Positions 20,597 through 31,600 of a DNA stretch of 54,332 bases are shown here, one piece after another (the first letter of the stretch is position 1; every line of letters starts with the position of its first letter). The position numbers and the translations under genes were made by a program. The notes beneath the pieces are model-generated. The model had not been told where the DNA came from. It did no database searches and was given only the letters and a program-made list of their open reading frames with translations. The DNA is from Myxococcota bacterium (GTDB lineage: Bacteria > Myxococcota_A > Bradymonadia > UBA7976 > UBA1532), in NCBI GenBank assembly GCA_036337435.1, contig JAYZEG010000005.1, positions 1 through 54,332 of the forward strand, written 5' to 3'.

Positions 20597-23308
20597 CTAC
20601 TCTTCTAAGCGCTCGAGAAGTCGAATTGACCTGGGTGAAATTCGAAGGTCGCTGCTGTTGATCACCTCTTGGCTTTCAAGATCTCTGTAGTTGCCCATCG
20701 GCAACCCCCTGACGCCCCTTTCACTCCCGCCTCGGTTCACGACTACGGTCACATCTTTATGGTTGTCGTTGTTACACGCCATGCGATACACCCATTGGTC
20801 TCCATCAACGTCTATGGTCGTTCTCTCACCACGGCTCAATGCCCGGTAGTTTTTGCGCACATTAATCATTGACCTAAGACGCTCCCGAAGGCTGATTTGC
20901 GCATCACTCAATTGAGTGTCGTCCCAAGGCATCATGCGGCGGTTATCTGGGTCACCTCCGCCAGCTAACCCAATTTCGTCACCGTAATAGATGAGTGGGA
21001 TGCCTGGTGATGTCATCAAGACCCCAAAGGCAAGGCCTAATTGCTCATAACTCTCGGGATTTTGTGGTTGTGCTGGGGTGACATTCCAACCCTGACCTGG
21101 ATTGCTGCCCTCACGACAGTTCCCGATCTCGCCGCTTGCAAAGTGGATGGCTCTTGGAATGTCATGATTACCGATCCAAGTGGTCATGATTGTATCCCTT
21201 GGATAAGCCGTTCGATTGACATTATCCATCCAGTTTTGGAGTTCATTCATCCGCCCTTGGAAGATCCCTTCGCAAAGTCGAGCTTTCAGTGGAAAATCAA
21301 ACTGACCATCGAGCTTTGTCGATGGATCTATGTAGCTTGCGAGAAGGCCAATATCATCGTAGGCAAATGTCTCTCCTACCAAATAAAATCGGTCACCTTG
21401 CGGTGTTGGGAAGGCCTCATTTAGGGCGGTGCGAAGGTCGATCAGCCACTGGTTAGATACATGCTTGATTGCGTCCAACCTAAACCCGTCTAGGTTATAT
21501 TCTCGAGCCCACCAGAGTGCATCAGCAATGGACCAGGCTCGCGCCTCGGCATTGTCGAAGTCGAAAGGGGGCAGGTAGTCGGTGAATGCGCAGCGCGTTC
21601 CCCAATACGGGTCATTCCATAGATTCAATGGGCCACAGAGTGCAAATCCGTCATTGGGTCGGCCGTTTTGACCATCACCACGTGCAAACCATTCCGGATG
21701 TGCACGGTAGAGGCCGCTCTCCACATCGACATGATTCATGACGTAGTCGAACAAAACCTTCATGCCGCCATCATGGGCTGAATCGACGAGGTTTCTGAGA
21801 TCGTCGGCACTCCCAATTCTTGATTCGACAGCCGGAATCGGCTGTGGATTGAGCGGATCACTGAAGTCGATATTTTCCGGGGATGGCCAATACCCGTGGT
21901 AGCCGGAGTATTGATTGGGATCAGTGCCAGGATCGATCGCAGCCCCAGCGAGGTCTCGGTTCTTGTACGGAGCTGAAAGCCACAGGGATGTCACGCCGAG
22001 GTCGTCGAGGTAGCCGAGCTTCTGAGAGACCCCCACCAAGTCTCCACCTTCGAATTGACCACTTGGACCGGTCGCTGCATTCCCGCCTGTCGCACCGTCT
22101 ACGGGTTGAGAAAGGCCATCCGAATCGTAGAATCGGTCGATCATTACAAAGTACATAATCTCATCGCGCCAGTCGGACACATCAGGGTCGCCGCATCGGC
22201 CAAATCGTGCTGTCGTTTCACTACAATCAACGGTGCGAATTGAATTTTGACCACCTAGGCCATCGGAGACTTGCTCCATCGCACCTGGGTCTGAAATCCA
22301 AACCGGTTCGGCATTGCCGTTTTGGTACGTCACGAATTTGTATGCATAGCGTCCATTGTCCAATTCAATTTCCGTACGCCAAATTCCATCGTCTTGTCTT
22401 TCCATCGGAACTGCATTCTCGAGCCAGTTGGTAAACTCGCCCGCGACAAGAACCCCATCGTAACCCTGACCCGCGGCATCGAGACTAAACAATTGGCGAG
22501 AACAGGGGCGGGCCTGGCATTGGAAGTCGACGCATGAATCAGCTGGGTTTTCGCAGTCTGTCCAAGCCTGGCATTCAGGCTCTTGGCATGCCCCGCTCAG
22601 GCAGACCAAACCGGCTGCACACTCCTCGTTTTCCAGACACCCTCGACATGCACCATCAACACACACTTGACCCGTTTCGCAATCCGACGGGCCGTCACAT
22701 GGTGCTGTCTCGCATTGCCCGGTCTGAGGCGAGCACCGCTGCCCAGATTCGCAATCGCATGGTGCACACTGATACTGACGGCAAACAGGTCGTTCTTCTT
22801 CAATGCAGTCTGCGTTGAAAGTGCACTCAGGATTGGACGGACAGGTGTGTGTCAAAAGGCTATTTTGGTCTCCAGAGCCGTTGTCCGTCCGTTCAGCGTT
22901 CTCGGGGTCGGTCGTCCACGTATCGTCGACGATGAATTTATACTGGTATTGTCCTGGCTTGAGCTGAACGTCGATGTAAAATTCACCGGCATCGTTGGGA
23001 CCGCCCATCGCGTAGGAACCGACCCATGCCGATGGACATTCAAAGTCGCCCGCGACTTTAACCGTTGAGACAGGTGCGGTGCCGTTGGCACGGTAGACAA
23101 ACGTGTGGATGCATCGGTCTGGGTCGCTGTCATCATCCGCTGGGGCACTTGGGCAGGGCTTTGATTCCATACCCGAGTCAGGTGTCCCGGGTGTACTGTC
23201 TACCGTCGTATCGGAGAAGAGATTGGGACGCGGGTCGTCTGGATCTGGTGCCAAGCAGCCAAAACTCAGAATAAGAAACGTAAATGGAACAATATTAGAG
23301 TACTTCAA
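20597..23308 (-). CDS. GH13 alpha-amylase family lipoprotein with two CBM48/glycogen-binding-like modules and Cys-rich spacers
   Basis: Lipobox SFGC, two V.VAG[DE]F...Y.YKF....W..DP modules, catalytic regions GFRLDAIKH, GETF, GNHD, and GIPLIYYGDEIG. Confidence 0.92.
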   Translation of the reverse strand: MKYSNIVPFTFLILSFGCLAPDPDDPRPNLFSDTTVDSTPGTPDSGMESKPCPSAPADDDSDPDRCIHTFVYRANGTAPVSTVKVAGDFECPSAWVGSYAMGGPNDAGEFYIDVQLKPGQYQYKFIVDDTWTTDPENAERTDNGSGDQNSLLTHTCPSNPECTFNADCIEEERPVCRQYQCAPCDCESGQRCSPQTGQCETAPCDGPSDCETGQVCVDGACRGCLENEECAAGLVCLSGACQEPECQAWTDCENPADSCVDFQCQARPCSRQLFSLDAAGQGYDGVLVAGEFTNWLENAVPMERQDDGIWRTEIELDNGRYAYKFVTYQNGNAEPVWISDPGAMEQVSDGLGGQNSIRTVDCSETTARFGRCGDPDVSDWRDEIMYFVMIDRFYDSDGLSQPVDGATGGNAATGPSGQFEGGDLVGVSQKLGYLDDLGVTSLWLSAPYKNRDLAGAAIDPGTDPNQYSGYHGYWPSPENIDFSDPLNPQPIPAVESRIGSADDLRNLVDSAHDGGMKVLFDYVMNHVDVESGLYRAHPEWFARGDGQNGRPNDGFALCGPLNLWNDPYWGTRCAFTDYLPPFDFDNAEARAWSIADALWWAREYNLDGFRLDAIKHVSNQWLIDLRTALNEAFPTPQGDRFYLVGETFAYDDIGLLASYIDPSTKLDGQFDFPLKARLCEGIFQGRMNELQNWMDNVNRTAYPRDTIMTTWIGNHDIPRAIHFASGEIGNCREGSNPGQGWNVTPAQPQNPESYEQLGLAFGVLMTSPGIPLIYYGDEIGLAGGGDPDNRRMMPWDDTQLSDAQISLRERLRSMINVRKNYRALSRGERTTIDVDGDQWVYRMACNNDNHKDVTVVVNRGGSERGVRGLPMGNYRDLESQEVINSSDLRISPRSIRLLERLEE

Positions 23309-23457
23309 GCGTCACCTCACAACCTCTGAGACCTGCCTTGTACGGCGCAATTCTTATCAAATCAAGGAGTTCATCTTTGATGCAAGTCGCAAGGGGTGAA
23401 ATTTTCAGCCGCATCGTTTTTATAAAAACAAAATTCTTTACTCGTTACATAAAATAT

Positions 23458-23498
23458 GTATACATATGTTCAGTATTAAGTACTGAACATATGATCAT
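23458..23498. promoter_or_regulatory. Pair of inverted LexA(SOS)-like boxes at the recN start
   Basis: Perfect 13-bp inverted repeat CATATGTTCAGTA-TTAAG-TACTGAACATATG (23463-23493). Each arm resembles the M. xanthus LexA box ending GTTCAG. AT-rich region upstream of recN. Confidence 0.7.
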
Positions 23499-25194
23499 GT
23501 TATTGACTCTCAAAATAAAAGACCTCGCCTTGATCGAATCAGCCGATGTGAGCTTCTCGAATGGCCTAATCGCTCTCACTGGCGAAACGGGCTCGGGTAA
23601 GTCGTTGGTTCTCGAAGCCATCCGGCTCATACTCGGGTCGAGGGCGAACAAAAGTCTTGTTCGGAAAGGGGCCGCAACGTGCGATATTCAAGCTCTTTTC
23701 GATATTGCTCATCACACCCGTGTCAAGGCGATACTTGATGTTCTGGATATTCCGTATGAAGATGACTTGATCATCCGACGAGTGGTGTCGAAAACAGGCC
23801 GCTCCAAGGCCTATCTGAATGGCGTTCTATGCCCACTCGGATCCGTCAACCGAGTTGCGAGTCGACTGGTCGATGTCCTTACGCAGCATGGCTTTTATCG
23901 GCTTTTGAAAAGTGAAAACCACTGCAAGCTCATCGATACGATGGGACAACATACAGATGAAGCCACGGCACTTCACAACAGGTATTCTGAGATCCGTCGC
24001 CTCGACCGCGAAATCGACGCGCTTCAAGATCGATCGAAAGCGATGTCTGAGCGAGAAGATTTCGTCAGATTTCAGCTCCGAGAGATCGATGAGGCTGACG
24101 TGACCGACCCCGATGAGATAGAGTCTCTTGAATCGGAACGTAGCAAACTGAGAAACTTACAGCGATTGCTCGAATACAGCCATGACGCGAGAGCTGAGCT
24201 TAGTCTCGGTGAAGACGCTATACTCGATCGCGTCAGACGTATGCTCTACGAAAGCGAGCGTATTGTGCAGCTCGATCCATCTGCATCAGGCCTCGTTGAC
24301 CAGTTGTATTGTACGGTCTCGACACTGGAAGATTTGGCCGCTGGTTTGGAAGAGTACCAACAGCGTCTGCCCGATGACTACAGTCGGCTCGACTGGGTCG
24401 AAAAACGCCTGAATCAGCTCTGTGGGTTGAGGCGAAAGTATGGCGGGTCGCTCAAAGGAGTGGTTGACCGGCATCGCGAGCTGAAAGCCGAGCTTTTGAG
24501 TTTGACGGACGTCGACGGTCAACTTGACCACCTACGAACGTTGAGGGCTGCCGCAGTGTCTGCTCTTGAGCCAATGGCTCTACGCCTAAGCGAACGTCGT
24601 ATGCAAACCTGCCAGGTCTTTATGACGAACGTCGTTGAACAGATGCGAAACTTGGGGATGAAAGATGCCGAGATGGAGGTCGAGGTCGTTGACGCAACTA
24701 CGGGGATTTTAACCAACGTTGGCCTTATCGGTCCCAATGGCGTTCACACACTGCAATTCCTGCTCAAAACCAATAAGGGGTACGATGCTCAGCCCATCGA
24801 GAATATCGCCAGCGGTGGGGAATTGTCACGGGTCATGCTGGCGATAAAGTGTGTTATGGCCACGCGAGATCCTGTGGCGACATATCTCTTCGACGAAGTG
24901 GATGCGGGCGTTGGCGGGGAAACTGGTGGGATTATCGCTGAAATGCTCCATGATATCTCCGGGCAGCATCAAGTCATCTGTGTCACTCACCTCGCACAGG
25001 TTGCGTCACGCGCAAAAACGCATGTTCGAATCAGTAAGACGTCAGCTGGGATGCAGACACGTACCCAAATCGAGCAATTGGATCGACCAAGTCGAGTTAT
25101 GGAAATCGCTAGAATGATCGGTGGTCGTATCGACAAGACCCATACACGGCTTTGCGCAGAAGAAATGCTCAAGGGGTCTGCACAGGCGGCATGA
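23491..25194 (+). CDS. recN: DNA repair protein RecN
   Basis: GETGSGKS Walker A, ASGGELSR signature, LFDEVDAGVGG Walker B, VTHLAQVA, coiled-coil middle. Start 23491 or 23497. Confidence 0.95.
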   Translation: MIMLLTLKIKDLALIESADVSFSNGLIALTGETGSGKSLVLEAIRLILGSRANKSLVRKGAATCDIQALFDIAHHTRVKAILDVLDIPYEDDLIIRRVVSKTGRSKAYLNGVLCPLGSVNRVASRLVDVLTQHGFYRLLKSENHCKLIDTMGQHTDEATALHNRYSEIRRLDREIDALQDRSKAMSEREDFVRFQLREIDEADVTDPDEIESLESERSKLRNLQRLLEYSHDARAELSLGEDAILDRVRRMLYESERIVQLDPSASGLVDQLYCTVSTLEDLAAGLEEYQQRLPDDYSRLDWVEKRLNQLCGLRRKYGGSLKGVVDRHRELKAELLSLTDVDGQLDHLRTLRAAAVSALEPMALRLSERRMQTCQVFMTNVVEQMRNLGMKDAEMEVEVVDATTGILTNVGLIGPNGVHTLQFLLKTNKGYDAQPIENIASGGELSRVMLAIKCVMATRDPVATYLFDEVDAGVGGETGGIIAEMLHDISGQHQVICVTHLAQVASRAKTHVRISKTSAGMQTRTQIEQLDRPSRVMEIARMIGGRIDKTHTRLCAEEMLKGSAQAA

Positions 25195-25196
25195 TC

Positions 25197-26153
25197 TCAG
25201 GGAAAGGGTAAATTGCCTTCAGTATCCAGAGTCTGGAAACCGATGAAGTCGTCTATCCGGTCGGCCAATTCTGGACAGTCAATAAATGGATTTCGGTTAC
25301 CCTGACGCTGGGATATGCGTTGGTTTCTGAGTTGCTCACGGTCGTCTGGTGGGTCGATTTGGTTCCATTGGCGCAGCACCAACTCCTCGGTCCTGGCGAT
25401 GTCGATTCCCCATCTAACGGACATGTAAAATACGATACGAGCAATGTCTCCACGTCTTTGATTTCGGACCTGCCAAACGGTATCGCCGGAGGTATTCTCG
25501 CCGAGTACAGACGGCAGATGGTCCAGGTTTCGTTCGTTGACCACCTCACCAAAACGGAAGCTCCCGCGGGTGCTGTTGGCTCCGGGCGTTGATGGCATCA
25601 GATTGTGTATGTCAGATTGTTGATGTTCGTAGACTGCTGGGTTGCCTTCTTCGGTGGCCATTCGTGAGCGCGGCACGACATGTTCGCAGTTAATTTCCTC
25701 TCGGGACGGATCTTCTGTTTGAGATGCAGGCGTTGTGTGCCCAGTATAGACGCATTCTACGACATAGCCACCAGCTGCGCCTTGGTATCGCTCGACTTCT
25801 GTGAACATAATGTTTCGGGCTGTCGTGTAGCGATTTAGGTTTCCACCGAGGTCGGGTTCAACACTGATTGGGCGGTAGGCATTTCGCAGTTCTTCGTGAA
25901 GAGTGGAAATTAATCTTTGGCTAGGAATATTGGCCCAAACGTTACAGGCGCTGCCAGTGGCAAATCCGGCGTCGCTATTGCCGATGGGCTTTGGTGGTAC
26001 AATGCCCATCATGTCCGGTGCCGTTGGACTGGGCGTCGGGGCTGTTGTGTAGACAGGCGTTTCTGGGCCACAGCCAAAACAAAATAAGCCCGACAGGAGA
26101 CCGGTTGAGACGATGACGCTTAAAAACAGGTCTGAGCGGTATGACTTGCTCAT
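25197..26153 (-). CDS. Exported Endonuclease I family nuclease (likely lipoprotein)
   Basis: NCEHVVPRS, SDIHNL, NSTRG, RGDIARIVFYM, W..IDPPD..E..RN and QGNRNPFID motifs. Lipobox-like CFGC. Confidence 0.9.
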   Translation of the reverse strand: MSKSYRSDLFLSVIVSTGLLSGLFCFGCGPETPVYTTAPTPSPTAPDMMGIVPPKPIGNSDAGFATGSACNVWANIPSQRLISTLHEELRNAYRPISVEPDLGGNLNRYTTARNIMFTEVERYQGAAGGYVVECVYTGHTTPASQTEDPSREEINCEHVVPRSRMATEEGNPAVYEHQQSDIHNLMPSTPGANSTRGSFRFGEVVNERNLDHLPSVLGENTSGDTVWQVRNQRRGDIARIVFYMSVRWGIDIARTEELVLRQWNQIDPPDDREQLRNQRISQRQGNRNPFIDCPELADRIDDFIGFQTLDTEGNLPFP

Positions 26154-26358
26154 TTCGAACTCCAACTTTTCCAACTTTTAACTTTAGCACGGGGTCGCAT
26201 GCACGGAAAAAACTCCAGCGCATTTGGCCAAACAAGACGGGCCTGACGGACAATCTTACCTCTCAAGCGAATCAAGATCGCTCAGCGGTGCGTCCGAGTG
26301 ACAGGCTGCTTGGTGCGCAGCCCGATGATAGACCGCGAGGGGAACGGGTCTGTAACGT

Positions 26359-26736
26359 TTAGCCGCGCCGGCCTTTACGCGTCTCAAGCACATAGTCGAC
26401 GAGTGCGCCATCGCGAAAGCTCATTTGGACGCGGCCATCGGTGCGTTCTACGACGATCGATTGACCACTTTCGATGCTCCATTCTTTCGCTGCTGCTACC
26501 GCTTCGAGTCGTCCATCAATGATTTTCTCTTCGACTCGGTTACTGACCTTAAAGGTTGTCGGTTCGACGGGAATCTCATCCTCGTCAAATTCCTCGTAGT
26601 CGCTGTTGAAGTCTGCGTTTTCCGCCGCTGCCTCAATCTCGTTCGCAGCCTCCGGCTCGACCGCCTCAGCATTGATCTCTTCATTCTGTTCCGCGACCTC
26701 GGTGGCCTCGGGTTCAATGTTTGTCGTCTCGGACAT
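26359..26736 (-). CDS. Small hypothetical protein with a very acidic N-terminal half
   Basis: AAGGA RBS, Glu/Ala-rich N-terminus, compact C-terminal domain. Confidence 0.7.
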   Translation of the reverse strand: MSETTNIEPEATEVAEQNEEINAEAVEPEAANEIEAAAENADFNSDYEEFDEDEIPVEPTTFKVSNRVEEKIIDGRLEAVAAAKEWSIESGQSIVVERTDGRVQMSFRDGALVDYVLETRKGRRG

Positions 26737-26956
26737 CACATAATTCCTTTGAGTTGCTCTGCAGATGTGACCATTCACCCCTGCGGTCTCAGCTTTATGA
26801 GAGCGCGGTGTCTAACATGTTTCGGGGGCAAGATACAATTGCAATTCGCCATCATTGAATTTCACAACCTCATTGGCCTGGTTGGAACGCCTGAGAATAC
26901 GAGACCCTCAAAAAAAGACTCTGTCGCCTCGCGGGCAAGCCCTGTAAGTTGATGCT

Positions 26957-28600
26957 ATGGACGCATGGGCTATCGACCTCGGGACGACACACACTGTCAT
27001 CAGCTATTGGCTAGAGGATGAACAGCTGAGCCACATCCTCGATCTTCCATCATTGGCGAAGATGACCGAGGTGGATGCAATCGGGCTTGAGCCTGCTCTC
27101 ATTCCATCGGTCATGGGGTTTCCACGACGAGAGAAACCGCAGTCAAAGCGCCACCTGCTGGGCACGCTTTTTCAAAAAATAAAGGCACCACAAGACCATG
27201 TTGTTGGTCGCCGTGCACTGGAATTGGGTCATGGCAAGGACGTGGTCTACAACATCAAGGCGCGACTAGAATATGCACCCTGTCTGCCTGTATTTGCTCG
27301 CCATGACCAGGCGGTTACTGCGCGGCAAGCCGCTCATGCTTTCATTGAAACGCTTGTTGCCGAAGTGAAAACAACCACGGGTCGTCGAATCCGCAAGTGT
27401 GCTTTCACTGTGCCTGTCGACAGCTTTGACTGCTATCGAACAGAATTGAAAAACATTGCCCGGTCGGTAGGCATGAAAGACATCTTCTTCATCGATGAGC
27501 CAGTTGCAGCAGCTCTTGGTTATGGGCTTGACCTGCAACTCGAGCAAACAATCCTGGTGGCTGACTTCGGCGGTGGCAGTCTCGATTTTGCAGCGGTGCG
27601 GATCACCCCGCGACGCAGTCGAGACGGACGTTGCGATGTGTTGGCCAAAACATCGATTGACCTAGGTGGTCAAGATGTGGACCGCTGGCTTGCTATGGAA
27701 GTACTCAAAAACTGGCCCGCGGACCCCCTCCGAGATGGGCCAGGAACCGATGACCTTTGGACAGGATTGCTTCTCCGAGAGGCGCGTCGAGTGAAAGAAC
27801 AGGTCTCAGTGACTGGTCATGGGACTTTTGACATCCTTCCTCAACCTCAAGATGACACCGAGTGCGGGGCTCGATACATCGATGTCGACGGATTTTTTCT
27901 CGAGTCGATTTTAAAGGGCAATCAATTTTTTGTGCGCATTGACGACGCGTTGACAGGAATCGAACAGCAATTAGCCGAAAGCGGTCTATCCGACTCAAGC
28001 CTAGACCACGTTTTATTGGTTGGTGGAACAACGCTACTTCATGGGGTTAGAGCACACTTCAATACCCGTTTTGGAAAAGGCAGAGTGAAGCAATGGCGCC
28101 CGTTTTCGGCTGTTGCTGCGGGTGGGGCTGCATTTGCGGCAGACGTATTCAAGCAAGACGACTTCATCGTGCATGACTATGTCCTCGCAGCCCAGACAAC
28201 GGCGAACGGTGAAATCACGCACCTTCCCATCATCAAGAGAGGGACGCGTTATCCGACACATGTACGCCATTTTGCCAAGCAGTTCACACCCAGCTGTCCA
28301 CAGGGGATCCCAGAAACAATTTTCAAATTGGTGATTCATGAAATCGCCTGTCAGGGTATGGCGAAAGCCCGTGTCGCCGATGCGCTCGGCACTCATGAAA
28401 TCAGGCCTCACCAAATGGCGCTCAATCCAGCCGACCCCATTTTAGGCCGCCTCGAACCACCCCACCACCCAGGTGACCCTGGACCGAGGCTGGATGTCGC
28501 TTTTTACATCGATAAAAATCGATGGCTGAGGACGACGGTCATGGATTTAAAAACGGGTGCGACACTGCTTAAAAAACATCCTGTTGCGCAGCTGCTTTAG
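26957..28600 (+). CDS. Divergent Hsp70 family protein
   Basis: IDLGTT, DEPVAAALGYG, DFGGGSLD and LVGGTT motifs. Short, atypical C-terminal domain. Confidence 0.88.
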   Translation: MDAWAIDLGTTHTVISYWLEDEQLSHILDLPSLAKMTEVDAIGLEPALIPSVMGFPRREKPQSKRHLLGTLFQKIKAPQDHVVGRRALELGHGKDVVYNIKARLEYAPCLPVFARHDQAVTARQAAHAFIETLVAEVKTTTGRRIRKCAFTVPVDSFDCYRTELKNIARSVGMKDIFFIDEPVAAALGYGLDLQLEQTILVADFGGGSLDFAAVRITPRRSRDGRCDVLAKTSIDLGGQDVDRWLAMEVLKNWPADPLRDGPGTDDLWTGLLLREARRVKEQVSVTGHGTFDILPQPQDDTECGARYIDVDGFFLESILKGNQFFVRIDDALTGIEQQLAESGLSDSSLDHVLLVGGTTLLHGVRAHFNTRFGKGRVKQWRPFSAVAAGGAAFAADVFKQDDFIVHDYVLAAQTTANGEITHLPIIKRGTRYPTHVRHFAKQFTPSCPQGIPETIFKLVIHEIACQGMAKARVADALGTHEIRPHQMALNPADPILGRLEPPHHPGDPGPRLDVAFYIDKNRWLRTTVMDLKTGATLLKKHPVAQLL

Positions 28601-28606
28601 CCTAAT

Positions 28607-31600
28607 TTACGGTAAAATACAGCGGACTTGTCCTGCTGAAAAGAGGTTATTGCCGTCCCTGCATTCATCCAGCTCATCGTCCTCATCAAGAACGATATAA
28701 AGTCCGATTGTGCCCCCAAAAGGAAATGTGTCGGCGCCCATCCTGAACTCAGCTTCTCCATCAGCCACAAGGCCATTTATCGCCCTTGTTTCATCTAAAA
28801 GAGTGCCGCCTTGTTCCGGATTGCCGGCGTAGGCGCGAATGGTGAAAGGCTCCGCATCAACTGCACCGCGATTTGCGATAATAACGTTGAAAAATGAACG
28901 CGGACACGCCGCCGGCATGGAGTCTACGCGAAGGACAACCAGGTCGGGCAGCCTACTGGGTGGTATGACCTCAACTTGGAGTTCATTGTTGTCCTCGCGG
29001 CATTCGCGTTCTTGCCCAAAGTTAGGGTCGCCTCCCGAATCGACTCGCGCAATCATTTGGTCGGGAAGCCCTGATGGTGCATTCGGGTCTGCGCCGGCGT
29101 CGTAGAGCAGCGTGAGCCGAGTGACCTGACCGGGCGCGAGCGGACGCCCAAGCGCCTCGGTCAGCGGCGATCCATCGGCCTTCAATAGACTCTGACGCTG
29201 TCCATCCCAAATGCCATCTATCTCCACCAAAACATTTGGACCAACGCGCAGATCTCCCTGATTTGTGACAAGCAGATCAATCTGCGCGATGGAGGAGAGC
29301 GCACTACAGCCGTCACCCGGCGCGTTTACCTGTAGTTCAGTGACGACCAGATCAGGAGCGATTCCACGGCTCCTTGGTTGAGAACGATAGGTGTTGTAAG
29401 AACGGCCATTGAGGACTTGCCAGCCCTCCGGCGCCACCACTGGTATGCGTCCGCTCTCGTATACGTTGGTGACGTGGTAACTATGCTGATTCCAAATTCG
29501 TCGAGCCGATACCCAACGGTCATTTGGGTCGCCCCACACCTCGATGCCCGAATTATAGCGGTCGCGCCACCGAGGATTATCCGGGTCGCCACTGTTCTCG
29601 TTTCGCTCGGAGCAGAATCCAGACTCTGTTGATGTAGAGAAGACGATTTCGGCATTGCCATCATTGTCCACGTCGGCAACGACTGGATACTCTACCCGTG
29701 TCCGACTTTCTGATGGTTCCTTGAGCAAAACAGCACCCGAGAGGCCGTCATAAATGCGAAACCAACATTCGTCATTGTAGATGACTTCTGCCGCTCCATC
29801 GCCGTTGAAATCAAAAAGTGTGGAGCCGGTGACTCTGCTCGAATCGTCCTCGGTTCTTCTTTTCCATCCGTTGTGTAGGCAAACGCATTGCCCCGCGGCT
29901 TGATTACAGACCGTGTCAGGCGATCTGCAATCGGCATCGCGCACACATGAATTACTCCCATGATCTCTCGGTGTATCGGATTGTTCATCGTCATTGAGTA
30001 AATCCGGCCATGCCCTGCATGACGGAGAGTCCGACTGCAAATCGAGCATGCCGTAACCGGATTCGAAGGCGCTACCGACTTCTGGGAATCCATCGCCATC
30101 GAAGTCGTCGACGTTCGGTGCCCCACCGCCGCCTCCAAGATTCATCCTATGGCTGGACAGTAAGCGACCGGTTTGTCCATTAAAAATCTGAATCTGCCCG
30201 CCGGCGACGAGGATTAACTCAGGGCGACCGTCCAATGGATTATCCGGACCGGGCGGTTGGTCCTGATCAGCCCCATAAATATCAGCGACGGCGCAATAGC
30301 CCTCATTGGCTGCGTCATTATCGTTTACTTGGTTACCCCGCCATTCAACCACCAATTGGCCTCGACAAAACGCATCCTCGTCATCATTTGTCGGTGCTAT
30401 AGCACCGCCATTATTAATGCAATCCGCTCGTCTCTCGGCACCGACTGGGGGCGCGGGCCACCGATAGACTGAGGACCCAGCGATAATTTGTGGTTGGCCC
30501 ACTCCGAGCACGTCGGCGACACAGCCCAAGGCACCCTGACTGGGGTTACGCCCCCGAGCTCCATTGCCCTCAAAACGATCGCCGAATCGAAGTACACCCA
30601 TGGCATCTCGATAGACGGTGATTACACTCCGGCCGATGACAATTTCAGAGAAACCCTCGCCATCTAAATTCACGATCATGGGTGCTGGATTGGGCCCTTG
30701 GTTTAGCTCTCGATTAAATGCGATATCCAATTGATTACCCATATGGTCAAAAAGCACCAGGCCTCCATTTTCGTGGTTGGCAATGATTTCGGGGCGCCCA
30801 TCGGTTGCGCTTGCTGGATCCAGGTCGCCAAAAGCGATGGGGGCTGTTGGGTCAAGAATGCCATCTTGACAGCGATAATCGCCTGGGGCGGGTAGAACGT
30901 CACCTAACTGCCAGCGATAGTCTCCGAGGACGGAAATCGCGTCCATACCTTTCAACTGGCCGCCTCCGTGGACGATTCGAAGTGCTCCGTTCGTCGTAAA
31001 ATTGCTGTCACAGAAACTCAAGAAGATCAGTTCCGGGATGTCTTGTTCAGTGATCTGTCCGTCTCCATTGTCATCGTCCAGATTACCAACCAATGGCGTT
31101 ATGACTACCTGGCTACTGGCACCAAAGGGTCTGTCAGCGGCGATGGGATCGGAGGCACCTCCGCCCCAAATAATTTCGGGTGCTGGGAGTGCGTCTTCTA
31201 TGGGGGCGGGCGGCAGGCTGCAGCTCGGGGCAATGGGTTGGCCCAGGCATCGCCCAGCGGAACACCTCATGAACTGAGGACAGTCCCAATCATCACCACA
31301 AGTACAGCCTGCTGAGCCATCGGGAAACAAACGACACTCGCTCGGAAAACCATGTTGCTCGAGACCGCAAATATACTGTTGGGTCTCCCCCGACCCATTG
31401 TCAGCACATTGAACAACCCGATTGCCATCGCACCGACTGGAACCGGGACGGCACGAGTCGGGTTGGCATTGTTCGTCACAATATTGGTCGTCAGCACAAT
31501 CCAAGTCTGTTGTGCATCGCAAGTCCTGGCAGAGCGCGCCCGCGTCGTCTTCCACACAGAGTTCAAAATCCCTGCAGTCAAGCTCCGAACAGGTCAGCGG

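Noticed and set aside
23400..23500. AT-rich patch as a horizontally acquired island or replication origin
   Set aside because: Short, explained by the divergent recN/amylase promoter region, with no mobility genes or DnaA-box cluster seen.
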